A stretch of DNA of 64,000 nucleotides from Acidobacteriota bacterium (GCA_005799825.1 SYFT01000106.1:10459-74458), one strand, 5' to 3'. Positions 35,853-45,000 are shown, counted from the first letter of the stretch. The notes: a model not told the origin generated them from the sequence alone. Made by a program: numbers and translations.

Positions 35853-36080
35853 AGTGCTCAGGACCTCATCGGCGCGAGCGGCATCCTCGGCAACGACGAG
35901 CAGATCAACGCCGGTCAGCCCAAGATTGGGCCCCACGCCGCCGCAATCGTCGGCACGGATGAGCGATTCGATCTCAGCGGCTTCCAGAACACTGCGCGCC
36001 AGTTCCGCGTCAACGTCGGTCAGGAATGTTCGCAAGACTATCAAGGCTCGTTCAGTCATTTCAGCCTCCGTACCTTCCAT
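35820..36080 (-). CDS. DUF2007-like small protein (putative signal-transducing fold)
   Basis: 86 aa. LRTFLTDVDAELARSVLEAAEIESLIRADDCGG...LLVVAEDAARADEVL fits the DUF2007 pattern. The start overlaps the DinB stop (TAATG). Confidence 0.6.
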   Translation of the reverse strand: MEGTEAEMTERALIVLRTFLTDVDAELARSVLEAAEIESLIRADDCGGVGPNLGLTGVDLLVVAEDAARADEVLSTSAVTPDLWVE

Positions 36081-36583
36081 TATGAGGCCGCGATTGGCGC
36101 CAAGGGGAGAGGATTAGTACTGGTGTTATCGCCCGTGATCACGCGGCGAAGATACCCCACCTGTCCAAGGTGGAAGGCCAGATGCGCAGCAAGGTGGACA
36201 AGAAATGCGGCGGTGTTGACCGTCTTGCCGGCCAGCGGCATTGGGTAGTTGCCCGCCATCGTCTCGTCGGTAAGCTCCGGCAAGACTGATTCGATGACGC
36301 CGATCGTGGTCCGGAGTTCGGCCACCACACTGACGCGAGTGCCCTCGCGCTGACTGAATTCCAGTTCGCGGTTACGCACGTACGACGTGCCGCCAAGTAC
36401 ACGGCCGACGAAGTCCTGAAGGTTGCCACACACGTGAAGCGCCAGGGTCCCGGCGGAGTTCGTCACCCCGCGTCGCGTGTGCCACACGCTGTCGTCACTG
36501 GGAAACGCCTCGACCTCGCGGATGAAGCCCTGAAGTTCACGGACGACCTGGGTGGTCAGGATGGAGGTCAGGGTCTGAGCCAT
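36080..36583 (-). CDS. DinB family protein
   Basis: 167 aa four-helix pattern with His residues (LALHVCGNLQDF..., FLVHLAAHLAFHLGQV) typical of DinB/YfiT-like metalloproteins. Confidence 0.8.
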   Translation of the reverse strand: MAQTLTSILTTQVVRELQGFIREVEAFPSDDSVWHTRRGVTNSAGTLALHVCGNLQDFVGRVLGGTSYVRNRELEFSQREGTRVSVVAELRTTIGVIESVLPELTDETMAGNYPMPLAGKTVNTAAFLVHLAAHLAFHLGQVGYLRRVITGDNTSTNPLPLAPIAAS

Positions 36584-36606
36584 GTGAGCATGATAATTCT
36601 TGTCGC

Positions 36607-36909
36607 ATGGCGAAATTGATGAATCACGACGATATCGCGGTGTTGTATGTATTGCCGCCGGGTGAGTTCATGGCAGCGCGACATGCGCTCGAGAAACAGA
36701 TGGGAGCCGCGGGCGCCCAAGGGCGCACGCTGGAAAAACCGCAGGCTGCGGCGTGGGCGGTGAATCAGCTTTACTGGTAGCGGCGGGCGGCGTACGACGC
36801 CCTCATCGAAGCAGCCGGCGTCATGCGCCAGGCTCACGCCAAGAGGCTTTCGGGCGCTACGTGCCAGCCCAAGTATCCTCTACACACAAACGGAAAAGGC
36901 TTTAGCTGA
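36607..36909 (+). pseudogene. N-terminal fragment of a conserved hypothetical gene, interrupted by an in-frame TAG
   Basis: Below the ORF-track length cutoff. The frame reads MAKLMNHDDIAVLYVLPPGEFMAARHALEKQMGAAGAQGRTLEKPQAAAWAVNQLYW*RRAAYDALIEAAGVMRQAHAKRLSGA..., with the TAG at 36778..36780. GC3 bias continues about 30 codons past the TAG and then decays. The frame ends inside the YaeQ 3' end. Confidence 0.4.
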
Positions 36910-37441
36910 CCACCACGCGCGTCACCCGGCCTTCGATCGTGCGATCGGCCAGTGCGATGTAGAGATCGCCGTCGCTCACAGCGAGCGAAAACGTCATGCG
37001 GCGGTCGAGGGCGTCAACCATGGCCCCGATGAGTGCGCGATCGAGGCGGTACAGCTCGAGCGCCTCGATGCGGTGGATGCGTTCATTCGCCCAGAGCCGC
37101 AGCATCTGTGTGGGGTCTTTGTGCGCGTAGACCGCGACGCGCGACGCGGCTTTCCCCGCCTTGTGTGCGCGCGCGGCGTCAGGCATGCCAATCTCAATCC
37201 ACACGCCAATCGTGCCCGTCAGGTCGCGCACAGCGATAGTGGGCTCGTCCGGGTCGGAAATGCCCCTGGAAAATGCAATCCCGTCGGTGTACTCCAGGCA
37301 ATACGCCAGCACCCGCGTGACCAGGTAGTCCTCAGACTCCGAGGGATGCCGGGGCACGCGCAGCTCAAGGTGCTCGTAGACACTTCGATTGTTGTCAGCA
37401 AGATCAATCTCGAAGTTATAGATGGTGGATGTCAGCGCCAC
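36902..37441 (-). CDS. yaeQ: YaeQ family protein
   Basis: ORF 36902..37711 trimmed to the GTG at 37441. VALTSTIYNFEIDLADNNRSVYEHLELRVPRHPSESEDYLVTRVLAYCLEY matches the YaeQ N-terminus (ATIYKxxLxIADxDRxxY...ARHPSET). It is 179 aa, the typical length. Confidence 0.85.
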   Translation of the reverse strand: MALTSTIYNFEIDLADNNRSVYEHLELRVPRHPSESEDYLVTRVLAYCLEYTDGIAFSRGISDPDEPTIAVRDLTGTIGVWIEIGMPDAARAHKAGKAASRVAVYAHKDPTQMLRLWANERIHRIEALELYRLDRALIGAMVDALDRRMTFSLAVSDGDLYIALADRTIEGRVTRVVVS

Positions 37442-37477
37442 TGGCCGTAACTCTATCCCTTGCGGTACGCTTGGCGC

Positions 37478-38134
37478 ATGCGAGCCGCTCTCGTCGCCGC
37501 CCTCCTGGTCCTGCTCGTCGTCCCGGCGGCGGCTCAAACACCGGTGCAACCGACTGTTGCACCGGTGCCCATCGCGACGCTGCCCTCGGTCGTCCTCGAT
37601 GTGAGGGGCGGATTCGCGTCCGGGGGACAGGACGCCAAGACGGCCGCGGGCCTGAAAGTGGCCACCACGGATATGCCCGGGCGCCTGCGCACGGCGGTGG
37701 TCGGCCTGCACGCGTACCCGTTCCGGCGCGGTCGGTTGAAACTCGGCTTCGGTGGCGAGCTGCTGATGGGCTCCGCGTCGGCCCAGAAGACCGACACCGC
37801 CGGCAAGGCCGTAGGACCGATCATCCGGAGGCGCCTCAACGCCGTCTCGGGCCAGATCTCGCTGAACTTCGGCACAGGCGGCGGCTGGAGCTACCTCACC
37901 GCAGGCAGAGGGCCGCTCAAATTCGAGAGTTACCTAAATGAGGCCACCCCTGACGGCGTGGGCTCCGGCACGCTCAACTACGGGGGCGGAGCCCGCTGGT
38001 TCACCAATGCCCACCTGGCCTTTGCCGTGGACCTGCGGTTCTATCTGACCAGGCCCGCCCTGGCCACAACCGTCACAGCCGGCCGGGACCGCGTGCGCGT
38101 GTTCCTCCTATCGCTCGGAATTTCGCTCAAATAG
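37478..38134 (+). CDS. outer-membrane beta-barrel protein (porin-family-like), hypothetical
   Basis: Signal MRAALVAALLVLLVVPAAAQ, followed by alternating hydrophobic beta-strand patterns (LKLGFGGELLMG, LAFAVDLRFYL, VFLLSLGISL). Confidence 0.55.
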   Translation: MRAALVAALLVLLVVPAAAQTPVQPTVAPVPIATLPSVVLDVRGGFASGGQDAKTAAGLKVATTDMPGRLRTAVVGLHAYPFRRGRLKLGFGGELLMGSASAQKTDTAGKAVGPIIRRRLNAVSGQISLNFGTGGGWSYLTAGRGPLKFESYLNEATPDGVGSGTLNYGGGARWFTNAHLAFAVDLRFYLTRPALATTVTAGRDRVRVFLLSLGISLK

Positions 38135-38173
38135 GCCTTCGGCTATACTTGAAAGCTTGAAAGGACTGCGAAT

Positions 38174-38392
38174 TTGAGTAAGGACGATCTGATTGATGTC
38201 CAGGGCACCGTGGTCGCCGTGCACAGCGGCGGTTTGTATCGTGTGCAAGTGGATTCTGGCCACGAAGTATTGGCCCAGTTGAGCGGCCGGATGCGCCGCT
38301 TCCGCATTAAGGTCGTGCCGGGAGACCGCGTCACCGTGGGCGTCTCGCCCTATGACCCTGTCAGAGGCATCATCACCTTCCGAGCTCGATAG
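38174..38392 (+). CDS. infA: translation initiation factor IF-1
   Basis: 72 aa. SKDDLIDVQGTVVAVHSGGLYRVQVDSGHEVLAQLSGRMRRFRIKVVPGDRVTVGVSPYDPVRGIITFRAR aligns end to end with IF-1. The start is TTG, with AAGGA 8 nt upstream. There is no in-frame ATG after the upstream stop at 38150. Confidence 0.95.
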   Translation: MSKDDLIDVQGTVVAVHSGGLYRVQVDSGHEVLAQLSGRMRRFRIKVVPGDRVTVGVSPYDPVRGIITFRAR

Positions 38393-39671
38393 CGTCGCAC
38401 CAGAAGCATTGTCCACACATTCAGAAACTCCCAGACCACAACGGCGCAGGCGAAGCGGTGGAGGGGGTGGCGGCGGCGCGCGCCAGGCCAACCGTTCGAC
38501 GGGCACCGTCAAGTCCACGTCGACGACGCGCGTCTCGCAACCGTTCGATCCCGCGCCAGTTCCCTTCACATCGCTCATCACCGAGCCGGCCGTGCTCGAC
38601 GCATTGGCGCAGCGCGGCTTCGTGCAGACGACGCCGATTCAAAGCGCGGTGCTGCCGTACGCCCTGACCGGCCGCGGTGTCATCGGCTGCGCGGAGACGG
38701 GCACGGGCAAGACCGCCGCGTATCTGCTTCCCATCCTGGTCAAGCTGATGGCCGCAGGCCACACGGATTCGCACAACACGATTCGCGCGCTGATCCTCGC
38801 GCCCACGCGCGAACTCGCCACGCAAATTGACGACGAGATTCAGGGCTTCGCGTATCACGCGCCTGTCGCGAGCGTCCCCGTCTACGGCGGCGTCCCCATG
38901 GAGCCCCAGGAGCGCGCCCTCAAAGCCGGCGTCGACATCGTCGTCGCCACGCCAGGGCGGTTGCTGGATCACATGCGAAGCAATGTGGGCGACTTCTCCC
39001 ACGTGGAAGTGTTTGTGCTCGACGAGGCGGACCGCATGATGGACATGGGCTTCTGGCCTGACGTGCGCCGCATCGCAGAAATGATGCCGGCGACAGCCAA
39101 CCGCCAGACCATGTTGTTTTCGGCAACGATGCCGGAAGAGGTGATGCGGTTTGCGGATGAACTGTCGCCTGATGCGGCGCTCATCCAGGTGGGTTCGAGC
39201 CGAGGCCCTGCGGCGACGATCACACATGAAGCGCGCATTGTGTCGTCGCGCGAAAAGCCTGCAGCACTCGCTCGAGAATTGCGGCGCGAACGCGGCACGG
39301 CCATCGTCTTTGTGAATACGAAGATCGGCTGCGACCGGCTCGCGCGTGAACTCCATCGATCCGGTCTGCGAGCCGCCGCGGTGCACGCGGACCGGCCACA
39401 AAAAGAGCGCACGGAAACCATCGAGGCGTTCCGATCCGGCCGCGTCAAGGTGCTGGTGGCCACCGACGTGGCCGCCCGCGGCCTGGATATTGACGATGTG
39501 GCGCTGGTGGTGAATTACGAAGTGCCGCGGTCTGTGGATAGCTACGTGCATCGCGTGGGCCGCACCGGCCGCAACGACGCCACGGGCCACGCCCTGACGC
39601 TGGCCGACGAACACGAGCGCTCGTATCTCGAAGACATCGAAAAGGCGTTCGGTCTCACTCTCCTTCGCTGA
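38352..39671 (+). CDS. DEAD-box ATP-dependent RNA helicase with Arg/Gly-rich N-terminal extension
   Basis: Q motif FTSL..PTPIQ. Helicase motifs are AETGTGKT, PTRELA, VLDEADRM, SAT and HRVGRTGR. The start is uncertain. The ATG at 38352 overlaps infA by 41 nt, and the TTG at 38409 is an alternative. The first ~30 codons have low GC3. Confidence 0.9.
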   Translation: MTLSEASSPSELDSVAPEALSTHSETPRPQRRRRSGGGGGGGARQANRSTGTVKSTSTTRVSQPFDPAPVPFTSLITEPAVLDALAQRGFVQTTPIQSAVLPYALTGRGVIGCAETGTGKTAAYLLPILVKLMAAGHTDSHNTIRALILAPTRELATQIDDEIQGFAYHAPVASVPVYGGVPMEPQERALKAGVDIVVATPGRLLDHMRSNVGDFSHVEVFVLDEADRMMDMGFWPDVRRIAEMMPATANRQTMLFSATMPEEVMRFADELSPDAALIQVGSSRGPAATITHEARIVSSREKPAALARELRRERGTAIVFVNTKIGCDRLARELHRSGLRAAAVHADRPQKERTETIEAFRSGRVKVLVATDVAARGLDIDDVALVVNYEVPRSVDSYVHRVGRTGRNDATGHALTLADEHERSYLEDIEKAFGLTLLR

Positions 39672-39717
39672 GTTCACACGAGAAATAAAAGCGCAGGGCG
39701 TGACTTGGACTTTGGGA

Positions 39718-39764
39718 ACGTAGCTCGGGCTAGATCGTAGCTCACGCTGCTCCTCAAGCCCGAG
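39718..39764. repeat. REP-like palindromic unit with enlarged loop
   Basis: ACGTAGCTCGGGCT, then AGATCGTAGCTCACGCTGCTCCTCA, then AGCCCGAG. The loop carries a partial duplication of CGTAGCTC. The unit lies between the convergent helicase and BRCT-TPR genes. Confidence 0.8.
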
Positions 39765-39845
39765 TGACCGCTACACGCAAACAAAGAACACTCTGGTCAC
39801 CACGGATCACGAGAGGCACAGGTCCTCCTCGTAGGGCGCGTGATC

Positions 39846-40922
39846 TCAGTCCGAGAATTCTTTCGCAAGTTCCACAAACTCCCCGTCCGGATCCAGGTCG
39901 CGGTACTGCATCCAGTGCGCGCGCGCCTCGGCTGACCGTCCGAGCTTCTCGAGCGTCACTGCCAGATAGAAGTGCGCCTCGGGATACGCGGGGTTGACCG
40001 CGAGCGCTTCGCGATACGCGACAACCGCGTCCGGGTAGCGCGCGAGATCGTGGTGGATGTTGCCGAGGTTGAAGTACGCCTCGAAACACTCAGGGTCGAT
40101 GCGTATCGCTTTTTCGTAGATCGCATCGGCTTCTACAAGTTCATCGCGCTCGTAGTGGATATTGGCGAGGTTGACGAGCGCGGGCACCAGCATCGGGTCG
40201 AACAACAACGCCCGTCGGTAGGCAGACGCCGCGCCCTCTAGGCTCCGCTCATCCCCATCGTCGAGTTCAGCGCCCTCAAGGAAGTACTTGGCGGCCAGCG
40301 TGTAGTTCGCCGACTGGATCGCTTCGGCGCGATCGCTGGGAAACAACGATGCGGCCGAGTTGCGTCGCTCGGGCAGCGACACAACGCGCGCGTGCGGACG
40401 GTCGGAGCGCGGCGGTTGGAAGTCGAACGCCATCTGGCCCGTGCGTTCGGCGAGCATCGCGCGGAGAATGGCGTGGAACGAAAGGCCGCGTTCCAGATCG
40501 GCAGCCGCGGCCTTCACCACGTGCAGGTCGGCAAACGAATAGCGCCCGGCAACCGTCCGAATGAGCCCCCACTTTTCAAGGTACCTCAGGTGATCGTCGC
40601 GAAGCCCCGAATACATACCCTGCAAATCGCGCGAGGAGTAGTACTGCGCGCGCAGGGTCTCCAGATCCGGGAGGCCGGCGATGCGGCACAACTCGTCCTC
40701 AGTCATTACGCGATGCACCGAGGCCGGCCACTCCGCGGGCAACGGGTCGCCGGTGGTGACAATGATGGTGGTGTTCGGATTGAGCGTGAAGGCGCAAGTG
40801 CCGCCGAGGCGTTCGACGACCGACCGCAGGTCACGGCGCGAGAGCACACCACCCCTGCCAACCACCGAGACATGCTCCGCGGCAAACGGGTGATCGACAG
40901 GAATCGGCGCGGGCATGCTCAC
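39846..40922 (-). CDS. BRCT-like / MerR-like HTH / TPR three-domain protein
   Basis: 358 aa. The N-terminus VSVVGRGGVLSRRDLRSVVERLGGTCAFTLNPNTTIIVTTG is BRCT-like. The middle YSSRDLQGMYSGLRDDHLRYLEKWGLIRTV...YSFADLHVVKAAAADLERGLSF is MerR-type HTH-like. The C-terminus has about 4 TPRs (ALVNLANIHYERDELVEADAIYEKAIRIDPECFEAYFNLGNIHH...). Confidence 0.7.
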   Translation of the reverse strand: MSMPAPIPVDHPFAAEHVSVVGRGGVLSRRDLRSVVERLGGTCAFTLNPNTTIIVTTGDPLPAEWPASVHRVMTEDELCRIAGLPDLETLRAQYYSSRDLQGMYSGLRDDHLRYLEKWGLIRTVAGRYSFADLHVVKAAAADLERGLSFHAILRAMLAERTGQMAFDFQPPRSDRPHARVVSLPERRNSAASLFPSDRAEAIQSANYTLAAKYFLEGAELDDGDERSLEGAASAYRRALLFDPMLVPALVNLANIHYERDELVEADAIYEKAIRIDPECFEAYFNLGNIHHDLARYPDAVVAYREALAVNPAYPEAHFYLAVTLEKLGRSAEARAHWMQYRDLDPDGEFVELAKEFSD

Positions 40923-40954
40923 AGACAGTCTGTGGCCGATGTTAGCATCTGCCC

Positions 40955-41938
40955 ATGCTCCTCGCAGGTGACATCGGTGGAACTAAGACGCTCCTCGGGC
41001 TCTTCGAGCACGACCGGGGTCGTCCGCGAACCTTGGTCGTGCGGGAATACGCCACGCTCGACTTCGACAGCTTCGATGAATTAACGCAGGTCTTCCTCGA
41101 CGATACACGCGCCGCCTCATCGCTCACGGCGGTGTGTATCGGCGTGGCGGGGCCGGTGACTGGCCTTGTGGCCCGACTGACCAATGTGCCGTGGCTGGCC
41201 GACCTTTCCACGCTGGCCGACCGCCTGGGCGACTGTCCCGTGCAGCTGCTCAACGACCTCGAAGCGATGGCGCATGCCGTGACCGTGCTTGAGCCGCACG
41301 AGATCGCCGTGCTACAGAAAGGCGTGAGGGTCGCCGGTGGCAACGCGGCCATCATTGCTGCCGGCACGGGCTTGGGTGAGGCGTTGCTGCACTACGTGGA
41401 TGGACGGTTTGTGCCAGCGGCTTCGGAGGGCGGCCACGCCGACTTTGCGGCGCGCACGCCGCGCGAGTTGGCTCTGGTCGAGCAGTTGACCGCCATTCAT
41501 GGCCGGGTGGACAACGACCGGGTCATTTCCGGTCCGGGCCTGGTGAATATCTTCCGGTTCACCCACGGCGCCACCCGAGCCGGCGTCGTCTGTCCCGCCA
41601 TCGGGCCGGATGTGGACGATGGCGAGATGCCGGCGGCCATTAGCGCATGCGCGCTCTCAGGCCAGTGCGAACAGTGCGTGGAAGCGCTGGACATGTTTGT
41701 GGAGGCGTATGGGGCCGAGGCCGGCAATCTGGCGCTTCGGTCGGTGGCCACGGCCGGGGTCTACATCGGGGGAGGCATCGCGCCCAAAGTGCTGGCCGCA
41801 CTTGAGTCAGGCCCGTTTCTCGACGTTTTTTGCGGGAAGGCCCCGCTGTCGGACCTGCTCCGTACCATGCCCGTCTCGGTGATCCTCAACCCCGTCGCCG
41901 GGCTGCTTGGGGCCGCCGTTCGCGCGTCGGGGATGTAG
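40955..41938 (+). CDS. glk: glucokinase
   Basis: 327 aa with the N-terminal MLLAGDIGGTKTLLGLF ATP-binding motif and a Glk-family layout. Confidence 0.85.
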   Translation: MLLAGDIGGTKTLLGLFEHDRGRPRTLVVREYATLDFDSFDELTQVFLDDTRAASSLTAVCIGVAGPVTGLVARLTNVPWLADLSTLADRLGDCPVQLLNDLEAMAHAVTVLEPHEIAVLQKGVRVAGGNAAIIAAGTGLGEALLHYVDGRFVPAASEGGHADFAARTPRELALVEQLTAIHGRVDNDRVISGPGLVNIFRFTHGATRAGVVCPAIGPDVDDGEMPAAISACALSGQCEQCVEALDMFVEAYGAEAGNLALRSVATAGVYIGGGIAPKVLAALESGPFLDVFCGKAPLSDLLRTMPVSVILNPVAGLLGAAVRASGM

Positions 41939-41996
41939 TAGTATTCCTGATGAATATCCAAGAAGAATTCTTAGAATCTTTACAGATGGAGAACAA

Positions 41997-44927
41997 ATGC
42001 GTCACAAGTTCGTAGTCCTCGCGGTATTCGGGCTGTTGGTGGCGCCGGTCGCCGCCTTCGCCCAGTCGACCGGCGCGATTACCGGCCGCGTCATAGCCAT
42101 CGACGGGTCATTGCTGCCTGGCGTCACCGTGGAAGCTGCAGGCAGTGGGCTGCCTGGCGGCCGCATGGCCGTGACCGGCACCAACGGTGACTACCGGCTG
42201 TCGGCGTTGCCCCCGGGCACGTACACGGTGACATTCACACTGTCGGGCATGCAGACGGTGACCCGCACGGCTCAGGTGCAGCTGTCGACCGGCACGTTTG
42301 TCAACGCGACGCTGTCGATTCAGGGTGTCAGCGAGACGGTCACGGTCGCGGCGACCGCGAGCCTTGTGGATCCCAGTGCCGCCACCATCAAGAGCGGCGT
42401 CACGGCCACGCAGATTGCCGCGCTGCCCGTGGGCAACGAATACCGCGACCTGCTGAAGCTCATTCCCGGCGTACAGTACTCGCAGGATGCCGTGCGCGGC
42501 CCCAGCGGTGGCGGCAGCGGCCAGGACAACGTCTACCAGTTCGACGGCGTCAACGTGACGCTGCCGCTGTTCGGCACGCTGTCAACCGAGCCGTCGTCGC
42601 ATGACATCGCACAGGTGACCACAATCAAGGGCGGCGCGCGGGCGGTGGACTTCGATCGGTCGGGCGGCTTCACGATTGACTCGGTCAGCAAGTCGGGCAC
42701 GAGCCGGCTCATTGGCGAACTCAGCTACAAGTTGCAGAACGATGCCATGTCGGCCGACCTCAAGAGCGGTCAGGTGTCGCAGTTCGAACAGAAACGCATG
42801 TGGATGACCGGCAGCCTCGGTGGTCAGCTCCTGCCGAACAAGGCGTTCTTCTACGGGTCGTACTACCGCCCCGAGATCTCGCGCGAGAACCGTGCGAACC
42901 TGTATGGTCCGCTTCCGCAGTTTGAGCGTGTGCGCAACGAATACTTCGGCAAGATCACGCTGACGCCGGTGCGCGACCTGCTGATCAACGTCAGCTATCG
43001 CGCCTCGAAGCGCGATGACGTGAGCAATTTGTTCTCGTCCAACGCATCCAGCACCACCGGAACGGGCGAAGAAGCGTCGCAGAAGATCACGATCGCAGAA
43101 GGATCGTGGGTCATCAGTTCGCGCAGCGTCGCCACCGCGAAGTACACGCGCTTTGACAACCAGAACCTGAGCAAGCCCGACTTCCTGTCGGCGGCGCAGC
43201 CGTCGAGCACACTCGGCTCGCGGCTGGACGTGGCCAACCTGATTTTGCAGGGCCGGCTCGTGCTCCCGACGCCGGTGACGGGCAACACGGCGTTCAACAC
43301 ATTCCTGCAGCCGTTCCTCGACAAATACGGCTACGTCAGTGCCAGCGGCGTCCGGACGGCGGGCGTCAACGGCTACGCCAGCCAGTTCAACGACCAGGAC
43401 TTCTTCCGCGACCAGATTCAGCTGGCCTACAACATCTCGTTTGGCAATACGGTCACGCACGAGTTGCATGCGGGGTACCAGTGGTATGAAGACCGCGAAG
43501 ACCTGCTGCGCGGCTCCAACGGCTGGGGTGAAATCACCATCCCGGGTGGGCGCACGTCGCTGAGTGGCACGCCGATCTTCTTCACGGCCCGCTATCAGGC
43601 GCAGTCCACGGGTGTAGCGGCGCCGATCAAGTCGAAGTACCGGTCGCAGAACATCGAGCTCAACGATACCATCCGCTGGAACAACTGGTCATTCAACCTC
43701 GGCGCGGTGGTCAGCAATGACACCTTGTTCGGGCAGGGCCTCCAGGCAGCGCCGGGCACGTTGTCCGGGTACGTGTCGTCACCCGGAAACGAATACGAGA
43801 TGTACAACATTCCCTGGAAGAAGATGATCCAGCCTCGCGTGAGCGCGGTGCGGACGTTTGAGACTGGCGATACAATCTTCGCCAGCTACGCCAGGTACAA
43901 TCCGGCAGCCAGTTCCCTCCCACGCGCGGCGTCGTGGGACCGCAACCTGACGGGTACATTTATCGATGCGCACTTCGATGCCGGCGGCAACCTCTTCGCG
44001 GCCGTTCCGGTCGGCTCGTCGTCGGGCAAGCTGTTCGTCGCGGACATGACGCCCCGCCGAACGGACGAATACATGATCGGCACGAGCATGCAGGTGAGCG
44101 ACAAGCTGACGTCGCGCGTCTACGGCCGCTACCGCTCGGGCACCCACTTCTGGGAAGACACCAACAACAACGCGCGAATCGCGTTTAACCCACCGGCCGG
44201 AGTGCCGCGTGAGTTGTACATTCCTGATCTGGATGAGAGACGCGCGCAGATCGGCAGCGGCGGCGCGGTCGCGCTGGGCTCGTCGTACGTGATTGCCGAA
44301 CTCGACGGGGCCTTCACAAAGTATTACGAGGCGACGGCCGAGACCGAGTACCGGTCGGGGAACGTATTCGTGCGTGGCTCCTACACGTGGAGTCACTACT
44401 TCGGCAACTTCGACCAGGACAACACTACGGTGGGCAACGACGCGGCCATCTTCATCGGCTCGTCGAACGTGGCCGACGGTGGTGGGCGTCAGGTCTGGGA
44501 CAACAAGGAAGGCGACCTGCGTGGCGACCGGCGTCACATGATGAAGGTCTACGGCTTCTACACGCTGCCGTGGCAGGCCACCGCCGGTGTCTATGCCATT
44601 GCGCAGTCGGGACAGCCGTGGGAAGCGTGGGACCGCACCGCCTATCCCACGTCCATCATCGGCACCAGCACCAGCGACACAATCCGCAACGCGGAGCCAG
44701 CTGGGACACGGCGGACACCGTCGCACTGGCAGATGGACCTCAACTACACGCAGAACTTCCGGTTCGGCGGACGGTACAACCTGCAACTGGCCGCGGATCT
44801 GTTCAACCTGATGGACAAGCAGACCGGCTACAACTTCGAACCCTCCAAGAACAGCTCACTGTTCAACACGCCTCGGTCGTACTTCTCGCCTCGGCGGCTG
44901 GAAGTGGCCGCCCGGTTCCAGTTCTAG
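41997..44927 (+). CDS. Oar-like outer-membrane protein (CarboxypepD_reg domain plus TonB-dependent-receptor-type barrel)
   Basis: ORF 41907..44927 trimmed to the ATG at 41997 (MRHKFVVLAVFGLLVAPVAAFAQ). GAITGRVIAIDGSLLPGVTVEA is the CarboxypepD_reg motif. It has a long barrel and the C-terminal RLEVAARFQF. Confidence 0.85.
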   Translation: MRHKFVVLAVFGLLVAPVAAFAQSTGAITGRVIAIDGSLLPGVTVEAAGSGLPGGRMAVTGTNGDYRLSALPPGTYTVTFTLSGMQTVTRTAQVQLSTGTFVNATLSIQGVSETVTVAATASLVDPSAATIKSGVTATQIAALPVGNEYRDLLKLIPGVQYSQDAVRGPSGGGSGQDNVYQFDGVNVTLPLFGTLSTEPSSHDIAQVTTIKGGARAVDFDRSGGFTIDSVSKSGTSRLIGELSYKLQNDAMSADLKSGQVSQFEQKRMWMTGSLGGQLLPNKAFFYGSYYRPEISRENRANLYGPLPQFERVRNEYFGKITLTPVRDLLINVSYRASKRDDVSNLFSSNASSTTGTGEEASQKITIAEGSWVISSRSVATAKYTRFDNQNLSKPDFLSAAQPSSTLGSRLDVANLILQGRLVLPTPVTGNTAFNTFLQPFLDKYGYVSASGVRTAGVNGYASQFNDQDFFRDQIQLAYNISFGNTVTHELHAGYQWYEDREDLLRGSNGWGEITIPGGRTSLSGTPIFFTARYQAQSTGVAAPIKSKYRSQNIELNDTIRWNNWSFNLGAVVSNDTLFGQGLQAAPGTLSGYVSSPGNEYEMYNIPWKKMIQPRVSAVRTFETGDTIFASYARYNPAASSLPRAASWDRNLTGTFIDAHFDAGGNLFAAVPVGSSSGKLFVADMTPRRTDEYMIGTSMQVSDKLTSRVYGRYRSGTHFWEDTNNNARIAFNPPAGVPRELYIPDLDERRAQIGSGGAVALGSSYVIAELDGAFTKYYEATAETEYRSGNVFVRGSYTWSHYFGNFDQDNTTVGNDAAIFIGSSNVADGGGRQVWDNKEGDLRGDRRHMMKVYGFYTLPWQATAGVYAIAQSGQPWEAWDRTAYPTSIIGTSTSDTIRNAEPAGTRRTPSHWQMDLNYTQNFRFGGRYNLQLAADLFNLMDKQTGYNFEPSKNSSLFNTPRSYFSPRRLEVAARFQF

Positions 44928-44953
44928 GACGCCGCAGTCACGATAGACATGAA

Positions 44954-44988
44954 GGCCCGGCGGGGGAATCCCCGCCGGGCCTTTTTTT
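44954..44988 (+). terminator. rho-independent terminator
   Basis: GGCCCGGCGGGG (44954..44965), loop GAAT, CCCCGCCGGGCC (44970..44981), then T7 (44982..44988). It starts 27 nt after the Oar-like stop. Confidence 0.85.
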
Positions 44989-45000
44989 CTGTGCCAGACA

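Noticed and set aside
38421-39677. 418-aa minus-strand ORF
   Set aside because: It is antisense to the DEAD-box helicase, which has all canonical motifs. It has no recognisable domain and an Arg-rich shadow composition.
42582-44786. Minus-strand ORFs 42582..43469 and 43779..44786
   Set aside because: They are antisense to the Oar-like outer-membrane protein gene. These are shadow ORFs.
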